The position numbers were made by a program, and so were the translations under genes. Shown piece by piece: positions 40,235 through 50,037 of a stretch of DNA of 64,000 bases. The stretch lies in IMG/VR virus record IMGVR_UViG_3300036715_001290, positions 32,001 through 96,000 of that record, one strand, 5' to 3'. Under the pieces are notes generated by a model. It was not told where the DNA came from and made no database searches. It saw only the letters and a list, made by a program, of their open reading frames with translations. The DNA is from a virus. Positions within the stretch are counted from its first letter, which is position 1. Every line of letters starts with the position of its first letter.

Positions 40235-40414
40235 ATGCCAGCAAAATCTAAAGCCCAAAAGAAATTTATGCAAATGGTTGCTGCTGTACAAAGTGGAAAT
40301 ATTCCAAAAAACAAAGTATCTAAAAAAATGCAAGATGTAGCTGCAGGAATGAAACACTCTGATGTAAAAAAATTTACTAAGACACCTGCTGATGATTTAC
40401 CAAATAAGACATAA
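40235..40414 (+). CDS. Small basic DUF3008-like protein missing from the track (MPAKSKAQKKFMQMVAAVQSG...)
   Basis: AGGAG before ATG 40235; 59 aa; MPAKSKAQ start. Confidence 0.75.
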   Translation: MPAKSKAQKKFMQMVAAVQSGNIPKNKVSKKMQDVAAGMKHSDVKKFTKTPADDLPNKT

Positions 40415-40551
40415 AAAAATAAAGATATTAAACACATAATAAAATTAAATACACATATATATTTATACAAATAACAAAACAATATAACTGTAATAACACT
40501 TATATTATAAAACATACTCAATATACACAAACATACTCAAGGAGAACTAAC

Positions 40552-41334
40552 ATGGCTACATCGTTAGACAAAATACGCGCAATGATTAAGGGAAACAAAA
40601 ATACCAACAAATGGTCACCACTCCCTGGCAATCACACCATCCGAATCGTTCCAAGCAAATTGGACCCTGAAAATCCATTTACACTTTTAAAGTTGTATTA
40701 TGGTATTAACGGTAAAACACTTCTTTCACCAACAACAGTAGGCGATCCTGATCCAATTTACGAATTGGCAAGAAAACTTTATGATGCAAAGACTGAAGAA
40801 AGTGAAGCAGCCGCAAAGAAAATTACACCTAAGCCAAGATTCTTTCTTCCTATTATCGTAAGAGAAGAGGAAAATAAAGGAGTTATGCTTTGGGGTGTTA
40901 GTAAGACAATGAAAGATGATCTTGCTAAAATTATTGAACAAAATTTAATTGAAGATGATACCGATATTGTTGACCCAGTATCTGGTATTGATTTAATTGT
41001 TGAGGTACTTTCACCTAAAGATGCAGGTAACAAGTTTGGTAAGACAACTGTTCGTGCAAAAAAGAAAAGTACTGCGTTATCAACTGATAAAGAGTTGGTA
41101 GAGAAATGGTTAACAGACCAACCAGATCCTAATTCATTATATGAAATGCCTTCATATGATGACCTTAAAAAGGAATTGGAAAAATATCTTAATTCAGGTT
41201 CAGAAGTTGATACCGTAGGTGCAAAGGTTGAAGTTGATGATGAAGATGAAGTTAGTGAAACTAAAGTTCAAACCTTAAAGAAAACTGGTGATGCTAACGC
41301 AAAAATCGATGAACTTTTCGGTAAGGAAAACTAA
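40552..41334 (+). CDS. Single-stranded DNA-binding protein (gp32-like)
   Basis: IRIVP, G.PDPI.E, D..DP..G.D, acidic tail ending IDELF; first gene of the replication block. Confidence 0.8.
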   Translation: MATSLDKIRAMIKGNKNTNKWSPLPGNHTIRIVPSKLDPENPFTLLKLYYGINGKTLLSPTTVGDPDPIYELARKLYDAKTEESEAAAKKITPKPRFFLPIIVREEENKGVMLWGVSKTMKDDLAKIIEQNLIEDDTDIVDPVSGIDLIVEVLSPKDAGNKFGKTTVRAKKKSTALSTDKELVEKWLTDQPDPNSLYEMPSYDDLKKELEKYLNSGSEVDTVGAKVEVDDEDEVSETKVQTLKKTGDANAKIDELFGKEN

Positions 41335-41339
41335 AACAT

Positions 41340-42479
41340 ATGGCTAAGAAAAAAGTAGAATCGAAAGTAGATAGAGAGGATTTAATTAATTCATTAGTTG
41401 AATCACTTAATAGCGAACATCGAGTTGCTTATTCCTTAATCAATGATGCCGAAATTAATCCAGCCACGATTAAAGGCTGGATTCCTACAGGTAATGAAAT
41501 AGTAGATTTAATGATTTCTAATACACGGCATGGTGGTTTACCATTAGGCCGTGTAACAGAAATTTCAGGTATGGAATCTTCAGGTAAATCTTTGTTTGTT
41601 GCTCATGCATTAGCAGAAGTACAAAAGCAAGGTGGTATTGCCGTTCTTATAGATACTGAATTTGCAATTTCAGCCGCATTCTTAGTTGCTATTGGTGTTG
41701 ACGTAGAAAAATTAATTTATATTCCTTGTAACATCCTTGAGGATGTACTTGGTCAAATTGAATTAATTATAAATAAATTACGTGAAGCTAAAAATGAAAA
41801 ACCTGCTCTTATTGTTGTTGACTCTATAATGGGTTCATCTACATCTATCGAAGCCGAAGGTGACTGGGGTAAGGATGGTTGGGCTACAGGTAAAGCTATC
41901 ATTTTATCAAAAGCAATGAGATTATTACCAGAAATGATTGCACAAGAAAACATCGCATTGGTTTTTACAAATCAATTGCGCGCAAATCTTGGTGCAATGT
42001 TTGGTGAGAAATGGACGACATCAGGTGGTAAAGCAATTCCATTTGCGGCATCATTACGTCTTAAGTTAAATAAATTAGCTAAGATTAAAAATGGTGCAGG
42101 GGCAGATGCCGATGTATTAGGTGTAAAAACTGGACTTGAGGTTTTCAAATCAAGATTAGGAAGTGCATTTCGTAAAATTGAATTTGACATTTATTTCGAT
42201 AGAGGAATGGATTCATCTTCATCATGGGTACAGGCTGCTGAGGAATCAGGTGCTATAGTAAAATCAAAAACAAAAACAACAATGTTTAGACTTTTTGATG
42301 ATGCTGACGAAAAGGTTATATTTAAGAAAACTGAATTTAGTGAAATATTAAAAGATCCTATTGTAAAAGAAAAGGTTTATAATATTATTGCTGATGCATT
42401 TATTATGACATACAAAGATAGGTCAACTATCGATGATATGGATAAATCAGGTTTCGTAGCAGACGAATCAGAAGATTAA
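41340..42479 (+). CDS. uvsX: RecA/UvsX recombinase
   Basis: GGLPLGRVTEISGMESSGKS, IDTE, IVVDS, FTNQLR, TSGGKAI.F.AS.R. Confidence 0.95.
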   Translation: MAKKKVESKVDREDLINSLVESLNSEHRVAYSLINDAEINPATIKGWIPTGNEIVDLMISNTRHGGLPLGRVTEISGMESSGKSLFVAHALAEVQKQGGIAVLIDTEFAISAAFLVAIGVDVEKLIYIPCNILEDVLGQIELIINKLREAKNEKPALIVVDSIMGSSTSIEAEGDWGKDGWATGKAIILSKAMRLLPEMIAQENIALVFTNQLRANLGAMFGEKWTTSGGKAIPFAASLRLKLNKLAKIKNGAGADADVLGVKTGLEVFKSRLGSAFRKIEFDIYFDRGMDSSSSWVQAAEESGAIVKSKTKTTMFRLFDDADEKVIFKKTEFSEILKDPIVKEKVYNIIADAFIMTYKDRSTIDDMDKSGFVADESED

Positions 42480-42500
42480 GTATAATCACTTAAAAATACG

Positions 42501-42531
42501 GAACGCGGTAATTGTACCGCGTTTCTATTTT
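42501..42531 (+). terminator. Intrinsic terminator after uvsX
   Basis: AACGCGGTA-attg-TACCGCGTT followed by TCTATTTT. Confidence 0.75.
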
Positions 42532-42610
42532 AATGCATATCTACATCATCCATACCTCTCCAATGACATTTAATTGTCACAATACACATTATAAAAAGAC
42601 CAAAAATTAT

Positions 42611-43654
42611 ATGAACGAAAACATGAAAAAAATGCTCGAGTTAGTTGAAAAAGAGCATATTGAAAGATTAAGCTATAATCAAAATAGTAAAATATTAATT
42701 TTAGACGGATTAAACAACTATATTAGAAATTGGGTTACTTCGGTTGAAATGAATGCTGATGGAAAACATGTTGGTGGAATAACAGGATTTCTTAAATCAT
42801 TAGGTTTAGCCATTAGAATGTTAGAACCTACCCGTGTTATTATTATATTTGATGGTAATGGTGGTTCAAAAAGAAGAAGAAAAATATATCCAGAGTATAA
42901 GGCAACACGTGGGCATGGTGTTAAATTAAATAGAAAATATAATTGGTCATCTGATTCTGAAGAAGATGAACAAAAGATAGCACAATTAAAAAGATTAGTT
43001 GCATATCTAAAATTGTTACCAATCACTATTATGATATATGATAATATTGAAGCCGATGATGCAATCGGTGAAGTTGTAAAATTATGTGAAGATAAAAGTA
43101 AAATTTATATAATGTCAACTGATAAAGATTTTTATCAATTAATAACCGATAATGTTAACATATGGCATCCTATACATAAAAAGATGTTAGATAAAAAATG
43201 GATAATGGAAAAATATGGTGTAGATACGAAAAATGTATTAATACAAAAAGCACTTATTGGTGATACTGGAGATAATATCCCAGGCATAGATGGGTTTGGT
43301 ATTAAAACAATAAATAAACATTTTCCAATATTAGCTGAAGATAGAAAAATATCAATAGAAGAATTTAAAGAATATGTTAAAGAATTAAGTAATACAAAAA
43401 AACCACCAAAGGTTATATTAACACTATTAGAACAATGGGATAAGTTCTTATTAAATATTAGACTTATGACATTATCTGAAGCTAACGTCTCATATGGAAC
43501 AAAAGTATCAATTGAGGAGACTCTAAATACTAAGACAAAACGTTGTAGTGAATCAAAGCTTAATGATCTTTTTTTACTTGACAAGATAAATTCAATGAAT
43601 GGATATGATTATTTCAAAAATAATTTTGTATTTATAAATACATTTTGTAATTAA
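42611..43654 (+). CDS. 5'-3' exonuclease / flap endonuclease (T4 RNase H-like)
   Basis: LILDGLN, FDG, YPEYKATR, EADDAI, STDKDFYQL, GDTGDNIPGIDGFG.KT; start probably ATG 42611. Confidence 0.92.
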   Translation: MNENMKKMLELVEKEHIERLSYNQNSKILILDGLNNYIRNWVTSVEMNADGKHVGGITGFLKSLGLAIRMLEPTRVIIIFDGNGGSKRRRKIYPEYKATRGHGVKLNRKYNWSSDSEEDEQKIAQLKRLVAYLKLLPITIMIYDNIEADDAIGEVVKLCEDKSKIYIMSTDKDFYQLITDNVNIWHPIHKKMLDKKWIMEKYGVDTKNVLIQKALIGDTGDNIPGIDGFGIKTINKHFPILAEDRKISIEEFKEYVKELSNTKKPPKVILTLLEQWDKFLLNIRLMTLSEANVSYGTKVSIEETLNTKTKRCSESKLNDLFLLDKINSMNGYDYFKNNFVFINTFCN

Positions 43655-43668
43655 GGTTCAAAAGGGTT

Positions 43669-45036
43669 ATGCAAGAAAATTTACAGTCATACGGAACTAG
43701 GTTCCAACAAAAAGTTATATATTTACTATTACATGATATAAAATTCATAACATCAATTTATGATTCATTATCAGAAGTATACTTCGAACTTGATACTCAT
43801 ATATTTTTAGTAAAAAAGATAATAGAATATTATGCTAAATATCATGATGTTCCTACACTCGATTTCTTTAAAGTTGAGTTTCAAGAATTAAATGTCAATT
43901 ATCAAAAAGAATTAGTTGATGAAATAAAAGAAATCTTTGCATTATCAGATAGCAAAGATTTTGAATATATTGATGCATCATTCGTTAAATTTTGTAAACA
44001 ACAAGCATTTAAGAATGCTTTATTAAAATCTATAGATCATGTTGAATCTGGTGATTTTTCTAATATTTTAGAAATAATTCGTAAAGCAAATAATGTTGGT
44101 GAAAATCGTGATATTGGTTTAAGCCTATTTGAAACTGATGTTAACATGGTACAAAATACTTTAGTACGACAAACAACAGGAACACCTTGGGATATTATCA
44201 ATAATATAACAAATGGTGGAATTGGTACTAAAGAATTATGGATTGTTGTAGCACCCGCAGGTGCAGGAAAAAGTTGGTTATTATGTTCATTAGGTACTGC
44301 ATTATTAAAAGCAGGTAAAAATGTATTACATTATACATTAGAACTTGAAGAAGGTTCAGTACTTCAAAGATATTATACACAATTAACTGATATTACAAGT
44401 GCAGATTTACAATTTAATATTGATAAAATTAAAGCACATATTGACCATATGAAAGATTCAGGTCATGGTAATTTATTAGTAAAAGAATATCCACCAAATA
44501 CAGTTACTATTGAAACATTAAATGCACATATTGAAAAGGTTACATCAAATCTATTTGTACCAGATGCAATCATAGTTGATTATGGTGATCTTTTAAGACC
44601 TTCACATAAATATACTGATAGACGTTTTGAATTATCAGGTATATTTACCGATCTTAGAGCATTATCATTTACAAAGAAAATTCCTGTTATAACTGCATCA
44701 CAAACAAACCGCTCTGGTTATTCAAGTGATATTGTTGGTGGTGACCAGATATCCGAAGATTTTGGTAAGGTTATGATTGGTGATTTTGTATTTTCAATGG
44801 CAAGAAAAATTGAAGATAAAATAAATAACACCGCTCGTATACATATTGTTAAAAATAGATTTGGTCCTGATGGTTTTGTATATCCTGCAAAATTTGACCC
44901 ATCTATCGGTGAGTTAAAAATATTTGATGCCGCATCTCCAGCAGGTCAAGTACTTAATAAGAGTATGTCATCAGAATCAAATGATAAGCTTACTAAAAAA
45001 ATATTAAAAGATACATATTTCAAAGGTAATAAATAG
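43669..45036 (+). CDS. Replicative DnaB-like helicase (gp41-like)
   Basis: APAGAGKS, YTLEL, IIVDYGDL, TASQTNR, KNRFG. Confidence 0.92.
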   Translation: MQENLQSYGTRFQQKVIYLLLHDIKFITSIYDSLSEVYFELDTHIFLVKKIIEYYAKYHDVPTLDFFKVEFQELNVNYQKELVDEIKEIFALSDSKDFEYIDASFVKFCKQQAFKNALLKSIDHVESGDFSNILEIIRKANNVGENRDIGLSLFETDVNMVQNTLVRQTTGTPWDIINNITNGGIGTKELWIVVAPAGAGKSWLLCSLGTALLKAGKNVLHYTLELEEGSVLQRYYTQLTDITSADLQFNIDKIKAHIDHMKDSGHGNLLVKEYPPNTVTIETLNAHIEKVTSNLFVPDAIIVDYGDLLRPSHKYTDRRFELSGIFTDLRALSFTKKIPVITASQTNRSGYSSDIVGGDQISEDFGKVMIGDFVFSMARKIEDKINNTARIHIVKNRFGPDGFVYPAKFDPSIGELKIFDAASPAGQVLNKSMSSESNDKLTKKILKDTYFKGNK

Positions 45037-45038
45037 TT

Positions 45039-45803
45039 ATGAAAAAGAAAAGGATAGTTTTTTGGAGCGGTGGATTGGATTCAACATATCTAATTCAAAA
45101 ATCTTTAGAAGAAGGATATCTTGTAACCGCATGTTATATTAATATTGAAAATAATACTAATAAAGTTGTACGAGAAAAAGAAGCAATTGAAAGATTATTA
45201 CCTCATTTTAATAAAAGTAAAAACTTTAATTATATTAATGAATTATTAAATGTTAATGTACATCCACAAGGTATAGTTTCATTTTATCAATTTCCAATAT
45301 TTATGCTAGGCATGATGTATTGTATGAATGAATATGATGAAATAGCATTGGCATATGTAATGAATGATGATTTTGTTTCATATCAAAATGAGGCAATAAA
45401 ATTGTTTAATGCTGCTAGGTTATTTTCAATAAGTGATCATAAATGTAAATTAGTATTTCCATTAATTAAAAAACATAAATTCAATATAATAGAATCATTA
45501 GATAATGATTTAATAAATTTAGTTACATTTTGTGAAAGTCAATATGCTAAGGATTTTTGTGGTACATGTACACCATGTAAAAAAATGAAAAGTGTTGATG
45601 AAAGATTATATAATACTTTACATGAAAAATATCATGATAACTTAGTTGTTAAAAATTTTACTGATAATGGTCATGGTGATGGTACTGAATGGGTTAATGA
45701 ACCAACGGAATCTGATGTTGAATTACTTAAAACTGTAATACATAAGAAAAATCACAGAAAAATCAAATCAAATAAAATGCCAACATCAAGTAAAAAAAGA
45801 TAG
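45039..45803 (+). CDS. QueC-like PP-loop ATPase (7-cyano-7-deazaguanine synthase family)
   Basis: WSGGLDST PP-loop and C-terminal Zn site C-x8-CGTCTPC. Confidence 0.75.
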   Translation: MKKKRIVFWSGGLDSTYLIQKSLEEGYLVTACYINIENNTNKVVREKEAIERLLPHFNKSKNFNYINELLNVNVHPQGIVSFYQFPIFMLGMMYCMNEYDEIALAYVMNDDFVSYQNEAIKLFNAARLFSISDHKCKLVFPLIKKHKFNIIESLDNDLINLVTFCESQYAKDFCGTCTPCKKMKSVDERLYNTLHEKYHDNLVVKNFTDNGHGDGTEWVNEPTESDVELLKTVIHKKNHRKIKSNKMPTSSKKR

Positions 45804-45876
45804 CGATAATGACAATGAATTACTTACAACATATTAACTGTTTATATTTATATTTTTTACATTATAAGGAAATTAT

Positions 45877-48000
45877 ATGACAGTTCAACCTATTGACTAT
45901 TTACAGGAAATTTCAAATTTTATATTTACGAGTAAATATGCTCGTTATGTTGATGAAAAAAAACAAAGAGAAACTTGGGAACAAGCAATAGATCGTAGCA
46001 TGAATATGCATCTAAAAAAATATTCATTTCTACCAAAGGAAGATTTGGATGAAATAGTATGGGCATTTTTACAAATGAAAATGTATAAAGTATGTTCATC
46101 TATGAGATCATTACAATTTGGTGGTGCTGCAATTGAAGCACATAATGCTAGAATATATAATTGTGCAGTACGCCATATAGATTCATTAAGATCATTTTCA
46201 GAAGTATTTTATTTATTACTTTGTGGTTGTGGTGTTGGTTTAGGTTTATCTGATTTATTTCTAAAGAGGTTACCTAATCTTGCAGGATCTGAAGATAAGA
46301 CAGGAACGGTATCGGTATATACTATTGATGATAGTATTGAAGGATGGGCAAATTCTGTTGAAGCATTATTAATGAGTTACTTTAAAAATACACCATTCAC
46401 TGGTAAAAAAATAGTTTTCGATTATTCAAAAATTCGTAAAAAAGGTGCAAAGTTAAAAACTGGTGGTGGTAAAGCACCTGGGTATGCAGGTCTTAAGAAA
46501 GCACATATTAAAATTAAAAAGATTTTAGATTTTATTATTGAAGAACAAGGTCAATATAGAATTAATAGTGTTAACTGTTATGATATATTAATGCATTGTG
46601 CAGATGCTGTTTTAAGTGGTGGTATTCGTAGAGCTGCAACATCAGTTATGTTTGCATTTGATGATTCAGGAATGATGAATGCAAAAATAAATGTTAAGGT
46701 ACATAAATATGGTTTATTTGAATTAGATACTAAGACAGGTAAATATGAAGGAAATGTTCATGTTAAAGATGAAACATATTTCAAATCACAAAGATATGAA
46801 GTACATTTAACCGAATGGGAATTGGGTAATCTTAAGGAAAATAATGAAGTAGGTTGGCATCATATTTATCCACAACGTGCACGTAGTAATAACAGTGTAT
46901 TATTTTTACGAGATAAAGTAACAAAGGAACAATTTACAGCAGCGGTACTTAATACAAAACAATGGGGTGAACCTGGGTTTGTGTTTGGTGATTTCTTAGA
47001 TATACTTTATAATCCTTGTTATGAAGTTGGTTTTAGACCTGTATTATCAAGTGGTGTCTGCGGTGTACAGTTTTGCAATTTAACTACTAAAAATGGTGCA
47101 TTAATTAAAACAGTTGAAGATTATTACACTGCATCAAAAGCAAGTGCTATCATTGGTACATTACAAGCAGGATATACTAATTTTCCATTTTTAGGACCTG
47201 CATCAAAAGAATTAACTGAAGATGAAGCATTATTAGGTTGTTCAATGACAGGTGTTATGGATAATCCTGATATTTTACTTAATCCTGAATATCAAAGAAA
47301 TGCCGCAAAAATAATAAAAGATACTAATAAATTATGGGCTAAGAAAATTGGTATTAATCAAGCTGCACGTGTTACTGTTGAAAAACCTGAAGGTACTTCA
47401 TCAATAGTTGTTAAATCAGCTAGTGGTATGGGTCCACATGAATCTCATAAATATATTCGTAGAGTTCAAATGAATAAAATGGATAATGTTTATAATCATT
47501 TCAAAAAATCAAACCCACATATGACAGAAGAATCCGTTTGGTCGGCTAATAAAACTGATGATGTTATATCGTTTCCTATTGTAGTACCTAAAACATCAAT
47601 GGTTAAAGCCGATTTAACAGCATTAAAACATTTAGAATATATTAAATCAACACAAATAAATTACATACTTGAAGGTGCAACAAAAAGAAATGTTAAAAAA
47701 ATATCAAATAATGTTAGTTGTACTGTAATTGTCGCTGATGATGAATGGAATGATGTTATTGATTATTTATATGATAACCGTAAGTATTTTTCAGCAGTAT
47801 CATTATTACCTAAAATGGGAAGTAAAATGTATCGTCAAGCACCTATGGAATCAATTGAAACATTAGAAGATGAAAAGATGTGGGATAAAATAGTTAAAAA
47901 TTATAAACATGTTGATTATTCAACAATGATTGAAAATTCAGATGAAACCAATATGATGGCTGAGGCAAGTTGTTATGGTGGTGCATGTAATATTGTTTAA
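45877..48000 (+). CDS. nrdJ: Class II (B12-dependent) ribonucleotide reductase
   Basis: RETWEQ, YNC, GCGVG, GGIRRAA, RARSNNS, GEPG, NPCYE, FCNLT, KPEGT and C-terminal CYGGAC. Confidence 0.9.
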   Translation: MTVQPIDYLQEISNFIFTSKYARYVDEKKQRETWEQAIDRSMNMHLKKYSFLPKEDLDEIVWAFLQMKMYKVCSSMRSLQFGGAAIEAHNARIYNCAVRHIDSLRSFSEVFYLLLCGCGVGLGLSDLFLKRLPNLAGSEDKTGTVSVYTIDDSIEGWANSVEALLMSYFKNTPFTGKKIVFDYSKIRKKGAKLKTGGGKAPGYAGLKKAHIKIKKILDFIIEEQGQYRINSVNCYDILMHCADAVLSGGIRRAATSVMFAFDDSGMMNAKINVKVHKYGLFELDTKTGKYEGNVHVKDETYFKSQRYEVHLTEWELGNLKENNEVGWHHIYPQRARSNNSVLFLRDKVTKEQFTAAVLNTKQWGEPGFVFGDFLDILYNPCYEVGFRPVLSSGVCGVQFCNLTTKNGALIKTVEDYYTASKASAIIGTLQAGYTNFPFLGPASKELTEDEALLGCSMTGVMDNPDILLNPEYQRNAAKIIKDTNKLWAKKIGINQAARVTVEKPEGTSSIVVKSASGMGPHESHKYIRRVQMNKMDNVYNHFKKSNPHMTEESVWSANKTDDVISFPIVVPKTSMVKADLTALKHLEYIKSTQINYILEGATKRNVKKISNNVSCTVIVADDEWNDVIDYLYDNRKYFSAVSLLPKMGSKMYRQAPMESIETLEDEKMWDKIVKNYKHVDYSTMIENSDETNMMAEASCYGGACNIV

Positions 48001-48019
48001 TTTTAGGAAAAACTAATAT

Positions 48020-48541
48020 ATGAAATTAATATGTTTATTAAATGAAAAAGAATCATATTGGTATTTAGGTTCAAATCCAACAGCCGATGCGGCCGTATTT
48101 AAGAAAGTTAATAATAATATATTATTATTATTGATTAAACGTAAAGGTGAAATTGAACATGGAAAGTGGGCACTCCCAGGTGGTTTTGTAGATACGCTTT
48201 CTAAAAAAGGTGAACCGTGGAAACAAGACAAAGAAACACCAAAACAAGCAATTATACGAGAATTAATAGAAGAAACAGGATTAAATATCTCAAATATTGC
48301 CAACATGTTGAAAAAAATAGGTACATATAAAGGACATAAAAGAGATCCAAGGGATAATGATAAAGGTTGGTCATTATCTAATGCATATGCAATATTATTA
48401 CCTAATGATTTTAATACATCAAATATAAATGCAAAAGATGATGCTAGTGAATTAAAGTGGTTTGATATTAAAAGTTTACCAAATTTGGCATTTGATCATA
48501 GTATTATTATAAAACATGCAATATCAAGAATATTTAGATGA
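48020..48541 (+). CDS. Nudix hydrolase, ADP-ribose pyrophosphatase (NrtR/NadM-Nudix)-like
   Basis: WALPGGFVD...ET...A..REL.EETGL Nudix box, RDPR, DDA...W....LP.LAFDH..II. Confidence 0.88.
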   Translation: MKLICLLNEKESYWYLGSNPTADAAVFKKVNNNILLLLIKRKGEIEHGKWALPGGFVDTLSKKGEPWKQDKETPKQAIIRELIEETGLNISNIANMLKKIGTYKGHKRDPRDNDKGWSLSNAYAILLPNDFNTSNINAKDDASELKWFDIKSLPNLAFDHSIIIKHAISRIFR

Positions 48542-48600
48542 AAATTATAATTACTTATATTTATTATTAAACACATTATTTCCCAAAAGAGGATATTATT

Positions 48601-49125
48601 ATGAAATTAAGTTCAGTTATAGCGGCTCCAGCCGTAATTCAAGAAGTCGCTAATGATTTTAAGAACATACCATTAAAAGGTAAAAAAACAAAAGTAGAAA
48701 TGTTTTGGGAATATAAATTATTACCTGCTACATTTGATATTGATTTTGGTTATAAAATTAATTTTGATAAAAAACAAGTAGATTATCATTTTGCATCAGC
48801 CGATGGTAAAATGGATACTGGTGGTATCTATTATGAAGTTGTTAAACCATATTTCTCAGAAAGAACCATTTTAACAAAAGCTAAAAATATTGGTATACCT
48901 GAATTTGTAGTTAAATATTGTAACTATGGTGGTGATAGTGATTTACATTCTATTAACATTAAACGTACATACGTATTTAACTTTTCACATACAATAACTT
49001 TTGAAGCAAAGGATTATAAAAAGACTTTTACAAAGGACCAAATAATGAAATTGGCTCAAGATTGGGTTAATAAAGCAGAGAATGTTTTATTTCCAGATAC
49101 CGATTTCTATAAAATAACAAAATAA
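48601..49125 (+). CDS. Hypothetical protein, putative internal head protein
   Basis: MKLSSVI...VIQE N-terminus. Confidence 0.5.
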   Translation: MKLSSVIAAPAVIQEVANDFKNIPLKGKKTKVEMFWEYKLLPATFDIDFGYKINFDKKQVDYHFASADGKMDTGGIYYEVVKPYFSERTILTKAKNIGIPEFVVKYCNYGGDSDLHSINIKRTYVFNFSHTITFEAKDYKKTFTKDQIMKLAQDWVNKAENVLFPDTDFYKITK

Positions 49126-49134
49126 GGAATCAAT

Positions 49135-49539
49135 ATGAAACTAAATAGCGTAATAAAAGAATATGGTATGAACAAAGATGTTCTTAAACCTGGGAAATCT
49201 TATAAAATAAAAACCGTAAAAAATGATTATGATTTATTTGTATTAGATGTAACGGTTGCTGGTCCTTGTTTGTACAAAGCAAATGAAGTTGCAGTTGTTG
49301 CTGATTTTTATGAAGTAACCGTAAGTGTATTTGATAAAGGTGGTCAAGAACAATTTTCACAAGAGACTGAGTTTGTAACACGAACAAAGTTAAAAGAAAC
49401 AAATGCAGGTGAAGTTGCAAAATTAATTGCAAATATAGCAGGTAATACTTTAAGTAAATTGGAAATGAATATTTCACGTACAGTTGATAATTTATTAACT
49501 ACAGATTTACCTAATAAAGCAAAGGCCGTTAAATTATGA
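49135..49539 (+). CDS. Hypothetical protein, putative internal head protein
   Basis: MKLNSVIKE N-terminus. Confidence 0.55.
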   Translation: MKLNSVIKEYGMNKDVLKPGKSYKIKTVKNDYDLFVLDVTVAGPCLYKANEVAVVADFYEVTVSVFDKGGQEQFSQETEFVTRTKLKETNAGEVAKLIANIAGNTLSKLEMNISRTVDNLLTTDLPNKAKAVKL

Positions 49540-49937
49540 AGTTAAATACACTCTTAAAAGAAGCACCTGTTGGTAAATTAACACCTTATAAAGGTAGTCA
49601 AATAACTGGTAATGATACATCTATAATGAAAGTTAAATCAGAATTGTTTTACGTTGGTGTTAAATTAAGTGTACCTTATACTGATGAAGCCGGTGATATA
49701 TATTATATATACTATGTTGAAATTCAAGATAAAGCTAAAAGTAAAACTGGTTGGTATATGCAAGAACGTTTGGTTGTAAAAATAACAAAAAAATATAAAG
49801 ACCAAAATGCATTAACTAAAAGAATAATAGAAATTGTATATGCTGAAATTAGAAAGCTTGAAAAATCTATTATTCCATTAGGTACACAATGTACAGAAAC
49901 TATAAAAGAACGTGTTAGTTTAATTAGTAATTCATAA
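49536..49937 (+). CDS. Hypothetical protein, putative internal head protein
   Basis: MKLNTLLKE-AP N-terminus. Confidence 0.55.
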   Translation: MKLNTLLKEAPVGKLTPYKGSQITGNDTSIMKVKSELFYVGVKLSVPYTDEAGDIYYIYYVEIQDKAKSKTGWYMQERLVVKITKKYKDQNALTKRIIEIVYAEIRKLEKSIIPLGTQCTETIKERVSLISNS

Positions 49938-49951
49938 TAACATTATTTTAT

Positions 49952-49995
49952 AAATCGCCTATAATAAAGACATTTGAAAGTATTATAGGCGATTT
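49952..49995 (+). terminator. Long inverted repeat closing the MKL-gene cassette
   Basis: AAATCGCCTATAATA-N14-TATTATAGGCGATTT. Confidence 0.65.
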
Positions 49996-50037
49996 GTAGT
50001 GTATATTTATAAACATATGATATAATAAAGGTTACAA

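Noticed and set aside
40231-40530. 99-aa hydrophobic minus-strand ORF
   Set aside because: It overlaps the better-supported + strand ORF 40235-40414 and the A-rich SSB leader, which explains its hydrophobic translation.
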